A stretch of DNA of 29,934 nucleotides from Octopus sinensis (GCF_006345805.1 NW_021829628.1:1-29934), one strand, 5' to 3'; counted from the stretch's first letter, positions 11,954-21,944 are shown. Notes: generated by a model not told the origin, from the sequence alone. Numbers and translations are program-made.

Positions 11954-12214
11954 TTGGGCTGGCGCATAAATATTGCGGCTTTTTTTCAACAAATTTTATT
12001 CAACAAAGACAATAGTAATATTTAACAAAAACATCTTTAAATGACGGTCTGACTGTCTGCCAAGTAAGTGGGAAGCAGTAATTGAAGTAGATGGTGAATA
12101 TGCTCCGGAATAATCATTTAAATATGTTTTTGTTACATGTTGTTATTGTTTTTGTTGAATAAAATTTGTTGAAAGAAAAAAAAAACAAGCCGTAATAATT
12201 ATGCACCAACCCAA
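11954..12214 (+). mobile_element. Mariner-derived MITE / deletion derivative
   Basis: About 60-bp TIRs (ttgggctggcgcataaatattgcggc...caacaaattttattcaacaaa and its reverse complement), TA flanks, and an internal remnant LPSKWEAVIEVDGEYAPE* like a mariner transposase C-terminus. Confidence 0.85.
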
Positions 12215-12222
12215 TATATATG

Positions 12223-12587
12223 AAGGCGCAATGGTCCAGTGGTTAGGGTATCGGACTCACGGTTTCGATCCCCAGACCGGGCATTATGAGTGCTTATTCA
12301 GCGAAAACATCTAAAGCCCCACGAGGCTCCGGCAGCGGATGATGGCGAACCCTGCTGTATTCTTTCATCACAACTTTCTCTCACTCTTTCTTTCTGTTTC
12401 TGCTGTACCTGTATTTCAAAGGACCAGCCTTGTCACACTGTGTGTCACGCTGAATTACCCCGAGAAATATGTTAAGGGTACACATGTCTGTGGAGTGCTC
12501 AACCACTTGCACGTTAATTTCACGAGCAGGCTGTTCCGTTGATCGGATCAACTGGAACCCTCGTCGTCGTAACCGACGGAGTGCCAA
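12223..12587 (+). mobile_element. tRNA-derived SINE (family D)
   Basis: ggcgcaatggtccagtggttaggg A-box, gtttcgatccc B-box, 3' end ...cgtcgtaaccgacggagtgcca. Confidence 0.65.
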
Positions 12588-12651
12588 TTCATATATGTAC
12601 GTACTTATATACAAATATTTACACAACCTTTTTATTATGCCCACGGGCATA

Positions 12652-12880
12652 TGGCGTAGTGTTAAGCGCGCGGGGTACTAACCCCAAGATTCCGAATTCG
12701 ATTGCAGGCAGTGACCTGAATAATAATAATAATAATAACATCAAAAATACCTTAGGAATGAGAACCCAGCTTCGAAATTTCCCAAGAGACACCTGAAGAA
12801 GGCTGGAGGATATATAAGCCGAAACGTTGTGTTAACAACAAACAAGATGAGGACAAATACCCATCAATTGTAAATAATCT
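12652..12880 (+). mobile_element. tRNA-headed SINE-like element with (AAT)n spacer and hammerhead motif (family H), copy 1
   Basis: tggcgtagtg A-box-like, aattcgattg B-box-like, (AAT)n, then ...gacacCTGAAGAaggct...agccGAAAcgttgtgtt. Confidence 0.75.
12788..12833 (+). ncRNA. Type I minimal hammerhead ribozyme motif (copy 1, weakened stem II)
   Basis: Stem I gacac/gtgtt, core CUGAAGA+A, stem II ggct/agcc, GAAA, palindromic AACGUU stem III. Confidence 0.55.
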
Positions 12881-13288
12881 CTTTTACTCTTTTACTTGTT
12901 TCAGTTATTTGACTGTGGCCATGCTGAAGCACCGCCATTAGTCCAGTAAATCGACCCAGGACTTATTCTTTGTAAGCCTAGTATTTATTCTATCGGTATC
13001 TTTTGCCGAACCGCTAAGTTACGGGGACGTAAACACACCAGCGTCGGTTGTCAAGCGATGTTGGGTGGGGGTGGGGGACAAACACAGATACACAAACATA
13101 CACACACACACACATACATATATATACATATATACGACAGGCTTCTTTCAGTTTCCGTCTACCAAATCCACTCACAAGGCTTTGGCCGGACCGAGGCTGT
13201 TGTAGAAGACACTTGCCCAAGGTGCCACGCAGTGGGACTGAACCTGGAACCATGTGGTTGATAAGCAAGCTACTTACCACACAGCCAC
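12881..13288 (-). mobile_element. SINE family A with 12-bp TSD
   Basis: Flanked by tgtaaataatct at 12869-12880 and 13289-13300. Confidence 0.9.
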
Positions 13289-13314
13289 TGTAAATAATCT
13301 TTTTATTGTTGCAG

Positions 13315-13413
13315 CAAACCTTCCAAGTTACCCAGACATTTATATTTCAATGAGAAATTTGATGAAGACTGTATTGCTCATCGGATGAAAGGACTTCAGA
13401 AATTTCTATACGA
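13315..13413 (+). CDS. SNX10/SNX11: SNX10/11-like coding exon (PX proline-rich loop and helix)
   Basis: ttgttgcag acceptor and GTGAGT donor at 13414. The 99 nt, phase 2/2 exon reads (I)KPSKLPRHLYFNEKFDEDCIAHRMKGLQKFLY(E), matching the PX pattern P.LP....F...F....I..R..GL..FL. Confidence 0.92.
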
Positions 13414-13774
13414 GTGAGTTGTTTTGTTATTTGATATCTTTTTCTTTATTTTCTCTTTTTACTTTGTGTCTCTCACTTTCCTTGAAAAGGTTCACCTCAA
13501 GTTATTTCATGCACACTTTTGTATCCACATAGTTACGTCCCTTTCGAAACCAGCTTTCAGTCTGTTTTCTCGCTGACAACCGACGTAGAAAAAGAAATCG
13601 AATTAATTTCACAAAGGACCTTTTGTGTCGTCCCTCATCGTGCTACAAAAAAAAGGGAGCCAAATCCTGTTCAACTCACACGTTACGTTCTTTACCCTTT
13701 CAACCCGGAATTTTTTTTTTATCTCAAGGCCTTTTTCTCAAGTCGGTAATCGATGTTGTCCAAATGAAAGGCAA

Positions 13775-13930
13775 AGGGGCCAATACAGCTTGGCACCAGT
13801 GACATCACAACTCATTTCTACAGCTGAGTGAACTGGAGAAATGTGAAATAAAATGTCTTGCTCAAGAACACAGCCCGGTTTTGGAATCGAACTCAAAACC
13901 TCATGATTAAAAGCCCGACTTTCTAACCAT
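13775..13930 (-). mobile_element. Diverged tRNA/CORE-like SINE fragment
   Basis: - strand reads tggttagaaagtcgggc...gagttcgattcc...gttcttgagcaagacatt. Confidence 0.6.
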
Positions 13931-13986
13931 TGTTATAAACCACCCTATGCGAGCCTTTTGAGTAGTCATTATAGTGTCATACACTA

Positions 13987-14383
13987 AGGCGGTGAGCTGT
14001 CAGAAGCGTTAGCACGCCGGGCGAAATGATTAGCAGTATTTCGTCTGCCGCTCCGTTCTGAGTTCAAATTCTGCCGAGGTCGACTTTGCCTTTCATCCTT
14101 TCGGGGTCGATAAATTAAATACCAGTTACGCACTGCGGTCGATCTAATCGACTTAATCTGTTTGTCTGTCCTTGTTTGTCCTCTCTGTGTTTAGCCCCTT
14201 GTGGGTAGTAAAGAAATAGATATTTCGTTTGCCACTACGTTCTGAGTTCAAAATCCGCCGAGGTCGACTTGGTCTTTTATCCTTTCGGGGTCGATAAATT
14301 AAGTACCAGTCGCGTACTAGGGTTGATCGAATCGACTAGCCACCTCCCCAGAAATGTCGGGCCTTGTACCCAGAGCAGAAAAG
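13987..14383 (+). mobile_element. SINE family B dimer (head-body-tailA-body-tailB) with TSD
   Basis: Flanked by attatagtgtcatacacta at 13968-13986 and 14384-14402. Confidence 0.85.
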
Positions 14384-14427
14384 ATTATAGTGTCATACAC
14401 TATAATGGGAAGAAACAATGGAGAACC

Positions 14428-14640
14428 AATGAGCTAGCAGAATCATTTGCACGATGAACGAAATGCTTAGCGGTATTTCGACTGTCGCTATTTTCTGAAT
14501 TCAAATTCCGCCGAGGTCGACTTTGCCTTTCATCACTTCGGGGTTAATAAATTAAGTACCAGTTGCGTACTGAGGTCAATCAAATCAACTGGGCCCCCTC
14601 CACCAAAATTTCAGGCCTTGTGCCTATAGTAGAAAGTACT
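14428..14640 (+). mobile_element. SINE family B monomer (tail B)
   Basis: Diverged head, body, tail cccctccaccaaaatttcaggccttgtgcctatagtagaaag. Confidence 0.75.
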
Positions 14641-14914
14641 ATAATGTCATACACTCCGATCATACGTCTGACGTTACATACTTATCAGAAAAACCGGAGC
14701 AGTACTGTACTGTGTCACATTGGTTTTGACTGGCTCGTACAGCAAATTACTCGTACAATGAGGCACTCGTACTGCGAGGTTCTACAGTATATGATTTAGT
14801 TGGTGTGTTAGTTGGGCTGTCGATGCACATACTTGGGCGTGTGCTTCTATTCGTCTAAAGAATCGCAGATAAAGAATCTTTGGAACGTCTTACAAATCTT
14901 CAGTGTGTGCCACT

Positions 14915-15015
14915 AATGGATTGGCACATTAGGGTAACTGCCCTCAACAATAGTGCATGGCTTTTGTTCTCTGTCCCACAGAACAATATCAGGCTTGGTG
15001 TGTTCGCATTGATGT
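14915..15015 (-). mobile_element. Fragment of a non-LTR retrotransposon with restriction-like endonuclease (R2/R4/NeSL-type)
   Basis: - strand reads HQCEHTKPDIVLWDREQKPCTIVEGSYP, matching the RLE motif xxPDxxxxxxxxxxxxxxE/DxxxP; interrupted by (TACA)n. Confidence 0.6.
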
Positions 15016-15022
15016 ATGTATG

Positions 15023-15056
<34 letters not shown>

Positions 15057-15394
15057 TGTACAAGGCAGGCTGAAAAGGTTAAAAGGGAGAGAAAACATCG
15101 GAGGATATTGACCTTGATACAACTGTGGTTGAAAAAAAGACAGAGTGGTCATGGATGGAATACTTTTAATCATATATCTGCCCAATCATAACCGACCTGA
15201 GGCTAAACAACGAAACCAAAGCTGGCTATTGTCAGTCCCAACGCTAACTGGTCAAAGCTATGTGTGTGCGCTGGTACACACTTGATCACCTTTCCTTTGC
15301 CCTTCACGTTGTTGGTTTCTTTCCCATCGAACTCCAGTCAAAAAGCGGCTTCTACATTGAACCAGCTGTGTGTTCAAATCTCCCCATGTTCATA

Positions 15395-15568
15395 GGCGCA
15401 GGAGTGGCTGTGTGGTAAGTAGCTTGCTAACCAACCACATGGTTCCGGGTTCAGTCCCACTGCGTGGCATCTTGGGCAAGTGTGTTCTGCTATAGCTCCG
15501 GGCCGACCAATGCCTTGTGAGTGGATTTGGTAGACGGAAACTGAAAGAAGCCTGTCGTATATATGGAA

Positions 15569-15647
<79 letters not shown>

Positions 15648-15855
15648 TGTGTCTGTGTTTGTCCTCCTAGTATTGCTTGACAACCGATGGTGGTGTGTTT
15701 ACGTCCCCGTAACTTAGCGGTTCGGCAAAAAGAGACTGATAGAATAAGTACTGGGCTTACAAAGAATAAGTCTCGGGGTCGATTTACTCGATTAAAGGTG
15801 GTGCTCCAGCATTACCGCAGTCAAATGACTGAAACAAGTAAAAGAGTAAAAGAGT
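15395..15855 (+). mobile_element. SINE family A full length
   Basis: Head to (aaagagt)n tail. Confidence 0.9.
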
Positions 15856-15983
15856 ATAGTGCTGTATCTTTATATATTATCCGTTCTATAGCTTTCTGGA
15901 AATCAACTATGTTATTTATAACACCCGCCATCGTTCTACTGTTTCATACAAAGATGAGTCTTGAGTTTTATTATTTATTTCAG

Positions 15984-16139
15984 GTGCAGTTTGGTAAAAG
16001 ATTATGTCTCCGATGCATCGTTCCACCTCTTTCTACAGAGTGACTTAACTTGGGATGAACTTATTCAACACTCGAAAGGAAACTACAAACCGTCCTTAAC
16101 TGAAGTTTGGAAAATGGGTGGCCGAACGCACCCGAAAGA
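15984..16139 (+). CDS. SNX10/SNX11: SNX10/11-like coding exon (end of PX plus the extension typical of SNX10/11)
   Basis: tatttcag acceptor and GTAAGA donor at 16140. The 156 nt, phase 2/2 exon reads CSLVKDYVSDASFHLFLQSDLTWDELIQHSKGNYKPSLTEVWKMGGRTHPK; SDASFHLFLQSDL matches the SNX10/11 motif SDSxLHLFLQSxL as remembered. Confidence 0.88.
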
Positions 16140-16149
16140 GTAAGAAATG

Positions 16150-16199
16150 TTCATTTATATGGGTGCATATATGTGAATGTTTATAGATGTATTTATATG

Positions 16200-16297
<98 letters not shown>

Positions 16298-16650
16298 CTG
16301 TGTATATATGTACATATGTATCTATGTATGTGTGTGTGTGTATGTATGTATGCAAGTATGTATTATGTATGTATGTATTATGTATGTATTATGTATGTGT
16401 GTATTATGTATATATGTATGTATGTATATATGTAAATATGTATCTATGTATGTATGTGTGTGTATGTATGTATGCATGTATTATGTATGTGTGTATGTAT
16501 GTATGTATGTATTATGTATGTGTGTGTGTATGTATGTATGTATTATGTGTGTGTGTATGTATGTATGTATGTATGTATGTATGTATGTATGTGTGTTGTG
16601 TGTGTATGGATGTACGTACGTATGTATGTATGTTTATCGTGTGTTTTATG
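16150..16650. repeat. Compound (TA)/(TG)/(TATG) microsatellite
   Basis: Source of several spurious 80-190 aa ORFs. Confidence 0.95.
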
Positions 16651-16837
16651 CTTTGTGTCTATCCCCCACTACTGCTTGATTTGTTTATATTTCCATAACT
16701 TAGTGGTTTGGCAAAAGAAGCCGATAGAATAAATGCCAGCCTTTAAAAAATAAATCCTGGGGTCAATTTCTCTGACTAAACCCTTCAAGGTGGTGCTCCA
16801 ACATGGCCGCAGTCCCGTGAGCGAACCAAGTAAAAGA
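16650..16837 (+). mobile_element. SINE family A, 3' part
   Basis: tagtggtttggcaaaagaagccgatagaata...ggtgctccaacatggccgcagtc. Confidence 0.7.
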
Positions 16838-16923
16838 TGGGATATACAAGATGTGTGGCGTGCCCTGGTGCCCAATTCTCGTAAGGGAGACAACCACTGC
16901 TGAAACAATTCAGTTTGTCTTAT

Positions 16924-17215
16924 TAAGGTGACTCCTTACTTGACTTTCTGAGTTTAAGTTAATGTGACTCCTCACTTGACTCCCTGAGTTTAACTTAATG
17001 TGACTCCTTACTTGACTCCCTGAGTTTAAATTAATGTGACTCCTTACTTGGCTCCCTGAGTTTTAATTAACGTAACTCCTTACTTAACTCCCTGAGTTTA
17101 AAGTAATGTGACTCCCTGTGACCCCTTACTTGACACCTTGAGTTTAAAGTAATGTGACTCCCTGTGACCCCTTACTTGACTCCCTGAGTTTAAAGTAATG
17201 TGACTACCTGAGCTT
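16924..17215. repeat. 36-bp minisatellite (5 units) grading into 46-bp units (2) and then into a SINE-B body
   Basis: gtgactcc-type anchors at 16928, 16964, 17000, 17036, 17072, 17108, 17154 and 17200. Confidence 0.88.
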
Positions 17216-17358
17216 AAATTCCGTCGTGGACGACTTTACCTTTCATTCTTCTAGGGTCGATAAAATAAATACTAGTTGAAAACTGGGGTCGATGTAATTG
17301 ACTTAATCCCCTTCCCAGAAATTGCCGGCCTTGTGCCAAAATTCGAAATCATAATTAA
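17210..17358 (+). mobile_element. SINE family B headless fragment (tail B)
   Basis: gactttacctttcattcttctagggtcgataaaataaatactag...ggccttgtgcc. Confidence 0.7.
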
Positions 17359-17388
17359 TGTGACCCCTTTTATGATTCTCTGTTGCAG

Positions 17389-17452
17389 GCCAGATTTTTG
17401 GGAGCAGATTGTTGCTGGCATTCCGTCCGAAACCTCCAAAGATACAAATTAA
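17389..17452 (+). CDS. SNX10/SNX11: Probable terminal coding exon of the SNX10/11-like gene
   Basis: ctctgttgcag acceptor. Phase 2 fits the previous exon and gives (E)PDFWEQIVAGIPSETSKDTN*, stop TAA 17450-17452, followed by AT-rich sequence with AATAAA near 17490. Supported by splice signals and frame only; no homology recognised. Confidence 0.6.
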
Positions 17453-17867
17453 TTACTTCTACATCATTCTAAATTAATTAATACCACAATAAATAATTTA
17501 TTTTTCTGTAAATTTTGTTCTTTACATTTTTTTAGTTTTATTCTTATTTTTGTATTTCGTGATTTTAAGAGCATATATGTAGGTGTACTCGCTTTATGGA
17601 AATAATGCGTTTGTTGAAAACTTTGCATTTACGTGGAATTCGTTAAAAGAGAAAAGTATTTCCTCTTTTACTTTTCTGTAACAGAGAAGCAATGGGATAA
17701 TAAGTTTCGTGTTACGATCTCTATTTTACAGCAAGATTCGTGAGACCAGTTTGTTTCCGTAACACGAGGGATGCCGTATTTCCAATGCATTTCATGTTAT
17801 TTACAAGTGTGATGAAAATATCCGGGTGTGTGATGAAAATATCCACTCCGTTATGGAATTCTTTTTT

Positions 17868-18020
17868 TGTGGTTGTGTGGTAAGAAGATTGCTTCCCAAC
17901 CAAATGATGCTGGGGTGGGCCCCAGTCTGTGACATCTTTGGTGTCTTCTACTATAGCCCCAGGACGACCAAAGTCTTGTGAGTGGATTTGGTAGACGGAA
18001 ACTGAAAGAAGCCCGTCGTA
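17868..18020 (+). mobile_element. SINE family A, 5' part, diverged
   Basis: gtggttgtgtggtaagaag...gtgagtggatttggtagacggaaactgaaagaagcc. Confidence 0.7.
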
Positions 18021-18577
18021 TATATATACATAGATACTTCTCTCTCTTTCTCATATATATATTTATATATACCTGAATATATATACACTTATATATACAC
18101 ACACATATATATATACATACACATATATACACATATACACATATATACTTATATATATACATACACACATATATATGTAGACATATATATAAATGTATAT
18201 ATATATATATATATATAATATAATCCGTTCTGTCTCTGTGTGTGTCTTCTAGGATCTCGGGAATCCTCCATCCGATTGCGCTCAAATTTGATATGTAGAT
18301 ACCGACGGTATCAGGGCATGTATAAGTCTTGAAAAAATTACAAAAATCGATCCCAGGTGAGAATGCAATCGATAAAGCCATGGGAACGTGCATTTGTACG
18401 CGTAAGTACATCAGCTGTTGTGATGTACTTACTGGTACTTTAAACTCTTCGCTTGCATATTTGTGTGAATAAAATCGTTTTTCTTTGGAATAGAAAAAAG
18501 TCTATCTTTATTTTTTCTTTTGCTGGTATATCAAATTTAGGTTAAATCAGTGTTTCTCAAAGGGGAGGCCTATAGGA

Positions 18578-18823
18578 CCTTTAAGGGTGGATGCTACTGT
18601 AGCTTGAAGCCCCAGGAGGACACCTCATCCAGCTGGTTATTGACATACATTCTGTGCCCTATCAGTATTTGCAAAGCGAAGTCATCCTTCCCATCTCCAA
18701 CCTGACGTGATACACACAGACCCGGGTTTCTGAATATTGACCCGTCATCAGCGTGTGACAACCACCGGTTGTCGATGTGAAGCTACTGTGTACACTCCGC
18801 TCAGAGATTTATTATTGCTTATA
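18578..18823 (-). mobile_element. ~245-bp dispersed repeat with hammerhead-like motif (Penelope pLTR-like), copy 1
   Basis: Nearly identical to 22903-23145; the - strand carries cacacgCTGATGAcgggtcaatattcaGAAAcccgggtctgtgtg. Confidence 0.6.
18713..18757 (-). ncRNA. Type I hammerhead-like motif, second family
   Basis: Stem I cacacg/tgtgtg, CUGAUGA, short stem II (GGGU/AUUC flanked by a C-A mismatch), GAAA, palindromic ACCCGGGU, GUC cleavage triplet. Confidence 0.45.
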
Positions 18824-18837
18824 AGTGCATATATATA

Positions 18838-19235
18838 TCTTTATATATAAAAGTCAAGTTGTGTGTCTGTCTCCTACGATTTAGATTCATAACTACTCCC
18901 ACATTTTGCGGTGCAGTGTAACCAAAAGCGGGTATCTTATAGTCGTGATTCATATCGAGCCCTTCTGGGTATTAGCGCGCGTCTACGATGAGTCTACGAT
19001 TTTAAAAATAATTTACCATAATTTTTTTCCATTTTAATGTATTTTTTCGCTATTATATAAGGGAAGTAACTCTCTAAAAATGTCTACGATGAGTCAACGA
19101 TTTAAAAAAAAAATTACCATAATTTTTTTTCCATTTTTAATGCATTTTTTTGCTATTTTTGGGCTATAACTCTCTAAAAATGCTTATATAGTTATTTCCC
19201 TTACAAACCCGAGCAACGCCGGGCGATACTGCTAG
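18838..19235 (+). mobile_element. Non-autonomous Helitron
   Basis: 5' TC (tctttatatataaaa), 3' hairpin cccgagcaacgccggg followed by CTAG (19232-19235), inserted between A and T; internal ~100-bp duplication. Confidence 0.8.
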
Positions 19236-19264
19236 TATATATATATATGACATATATATAGACA

Positions 19265-20305
19265 ATGGTTCGCAACAAGAGCAATTACAATCCCAGAAAA
19301 GGCAGAAACAAAACAAAACTTTGGACAAATTCTGTGACTACATTTCAAACTTTCCTTGTAGTGAACTTCCATAACCTAAACCCAAACCCAACACCAGTAA
19401 AAGGGAATGGGAAATCATCTATGAGTTACAAAACAATCATGACAACACAATCAAGGAAGCAGATAAGAGTAGTACAGTCGACATTTTGGATACTGAATAA
19501 TTTAAAAACTCTTTATCTCACCTCTTACAAGGTACTACCTACTATGAAAGAGTAGTCAACTACCAACAATCAAAAACAATTACCTAATTAAACACAATCA
19601 TTTGCCAACATCGAAATAGCTTAACGGTAAAGGAAGGCGGTGAGCTGGCAGAAACGTTAGCACGCCGGGCGAAATGCGTAACCATATTTCGTCTGCCGTT
19701 ACGTTCTGAGTTCAAATTCCGCCGAGGTCGACTTTGCCTTTCATCCTTTCGGGGTCGATAAATTAAGTACCAGTTACGTACTGGGGTCGACGTAATCGAC
19801 TTAATCCGTTTGTCTGGCCTTGTTTATCCTCTCTGTGTTTAGCCCCTTGTGGGTAGTAAAGAAATAGGCAAAGGAATGCGACTACCTAATAAATTTTAAT
19901 TGCAAAACCAGAATCCTCTACAGACTTCCAAAAATCCACAAAATAATTATTGAACCTTGCAAAATGTCCACCTCAACCTGCATCACTGCACCACATCCCA
20001 CTGACCGCACTGAGACCAATTGTTTCAGGCCCAAACGGTGAAACACACAGATTAAGCAACTTCGTTAATATCCTCTTAAAACCAAGACTTTAACACATAC
20101 CAATTATTGTAAAAGATGACCAAGACCTACTAAATCATCTACCCACACATACCAATAAAGACATTTTCATTGTCCCCTTTGATGTAACAAACCTTTACAC
20201 TACGATCCCACATCAATATGGACTGGAAGCCATTAAATTCTGGCTAGAAAAATACCCCCAATGAGGTCCCGGGAAGAATAAAAAAAGATTTTATCATCAA
20301 GGGCC
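19265..20305 (+). mobile_element. Penelope-like element (PLE) reverse transcriptase fragment, degraded, interrupted by a SINE
   Basis: IKEADKSSTVDILD, then (after removing the SINE) SLTVKECDYLINFNCKTRILYRLPKIHK, then LRPIVSGPNGETHRLSNFVNILLKPRL*HIPIIVKDDQDLLNHLPTHTNKDIFIVPFDVTNLYTTIPHQYGLEAIKFWLEKYP. These are PLE RT motifs (ADK, LPKIHK, RPIVS, FDVxxLYTxIP). Confidence 0.9.
19636..19869 (+). mobile_element. SINE family B monomer (tail A) with 7-bp TSD
   Basis: aaaggaa at 19629-19635 and 19870-19876. Confidence 0.92.
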
Positions 20306-20753
20306 TTTTGCTTTTATGTTTTCGTTTCTCATTGTGTTCAACGTTTTTTTGATGTCCTGTACTCATATATGCATCTATATATACATATATATGTAGGTAT
20401 GTACATATATGTATGTATATATTCATATATTTATATATTATTTATATTATTATATGATCGAACGCCACACATCCTTTTCCAAGTATGTTTTATCTATATA
20501 CATATATATAGAGTTTTTGCGGAAAACCATGGTCCATTTTGTTCTCTTACTTTATTATCATCTTATAATCATCTCATAATAATGACTTTTATGACTCGTA
20601 TTACAACCTCAGTCAATCTAAATGTATATATTTGTCGTTACCTGTCATAAAAAGCCTTTTTTTCTATTTGCAATATGCATTTTCGTTCATTTTTCATATT
20701 TTACCCTTACATTTCCACGTGTATTTTATATTTTCTTTTTGTAACATATTTCT

Positions 20754-20789
<36 letters not shown>

Positions 20790-21259
20790 ATTTAACCATG
20801 CGGCAGTTAATATTTTATTTGATGCGGCATACGTTTCCAATGGAGTCTAGGCATGCTTTTGGCGCGGAATTTGAGACATAACTAAAAATGTAATTGGTTG
20901 GACCGCTCGTGTTTTTGACGCCCGAATCGATCTAATTAGTTGCATTTCTGACAAACTCTACCGAAGATTTATGGATGCAAGTGTAAGTAAAACTACATAT
21001 TGCATTAGTAATGAAACAATTGTATAGAGTCAATCTATTTTATTCGTTGTATTTCACTTTCCTTCAGTTAAATGTGTTTGATTCTAGTTGGAAACGGATC
21101 TTCTGTGGTTGCTTCGGAGCTATTTTTAGCACTAGAGTTAAGTGGATAACTCTCTAATAATTTATGTATAAATTTGTATTTCTCCTAGTTTTTTGTGCTA
21201 AGCCACTTGGTGTTAAATTGACGGTATATTAAATTAATATCGATTTTCACACCCTCATT

Positions 21260-21339
<80 letters not shown>

Positions 21340-21404
21340 ATATAATATATATATTATATATATATATATACATACATACATCATACACACACATATATAT
21401 ATAC

Positions 21405-21439
<35 letters not shown>

Positions 21440-21800
21440 GAACATATCATCACAGCTGTATCCTCATTACACAAGAAAAGCCAATAAGACTTAATGGAAT
21501 GATTCATGATTGTTGCTCTTATATGATTTTAAAGCCCGGCTAAGCTTTTCGCATTTTATTACATACTGGACAACTGTGCTGTCTGGCAGGGGAAACAGGT
21601 GCCACCATATGCACTCTCTTAACATCTCTTTTTAGACATCGAAATGAGAGGCACACCCACATTTTACACACATTCTGTTATAAGTTTTAATAGCCACACC
21701 ATTGTTTATCTTGGGTCGATTTCTTTATCATGGCTCACCAGGCCTGCACGACTTCAAACATCCTCGACCACAAACCACATACATAAAAAGCAGCAACATA

Positions 21801-21904
21801 TGGCGTAGTAGTTAAGGGCGCGGATTACTAAAGCCAAGATTCCGAATTCGATTTCAGACAATGACCTAAATAATAACGATGATAATAATAATAACAACAA
21901 CAAC

Positions 21905-21944
<40 letters not shown>

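Noticed and set aside
12560-12587. SINE-D tail as derived from the RTE 3' end
   Set aside because: Similarity is limited to a few terminal bases (gacggagtgcca versus gaaaggatgcca); not enough to support.
12652-12715. Genuine tRNA genes at SINE heads (also 3708, 4991, 12223)
   Set aside because: Only A/B boxes are retained; no complete cloverleaf, and each continues into SINE body sequence.
18215-18410. Possible Helitron-like fragment (also 7662-8205)
   Set aside because: Only vague 5'-end resemblance; no convincing 3' hairpin plus CTRR terminus.
18548-18562. hAT TIR-like cagtgtttctcaaa
   Set aside because: No matching opposite TIR or TSD found.
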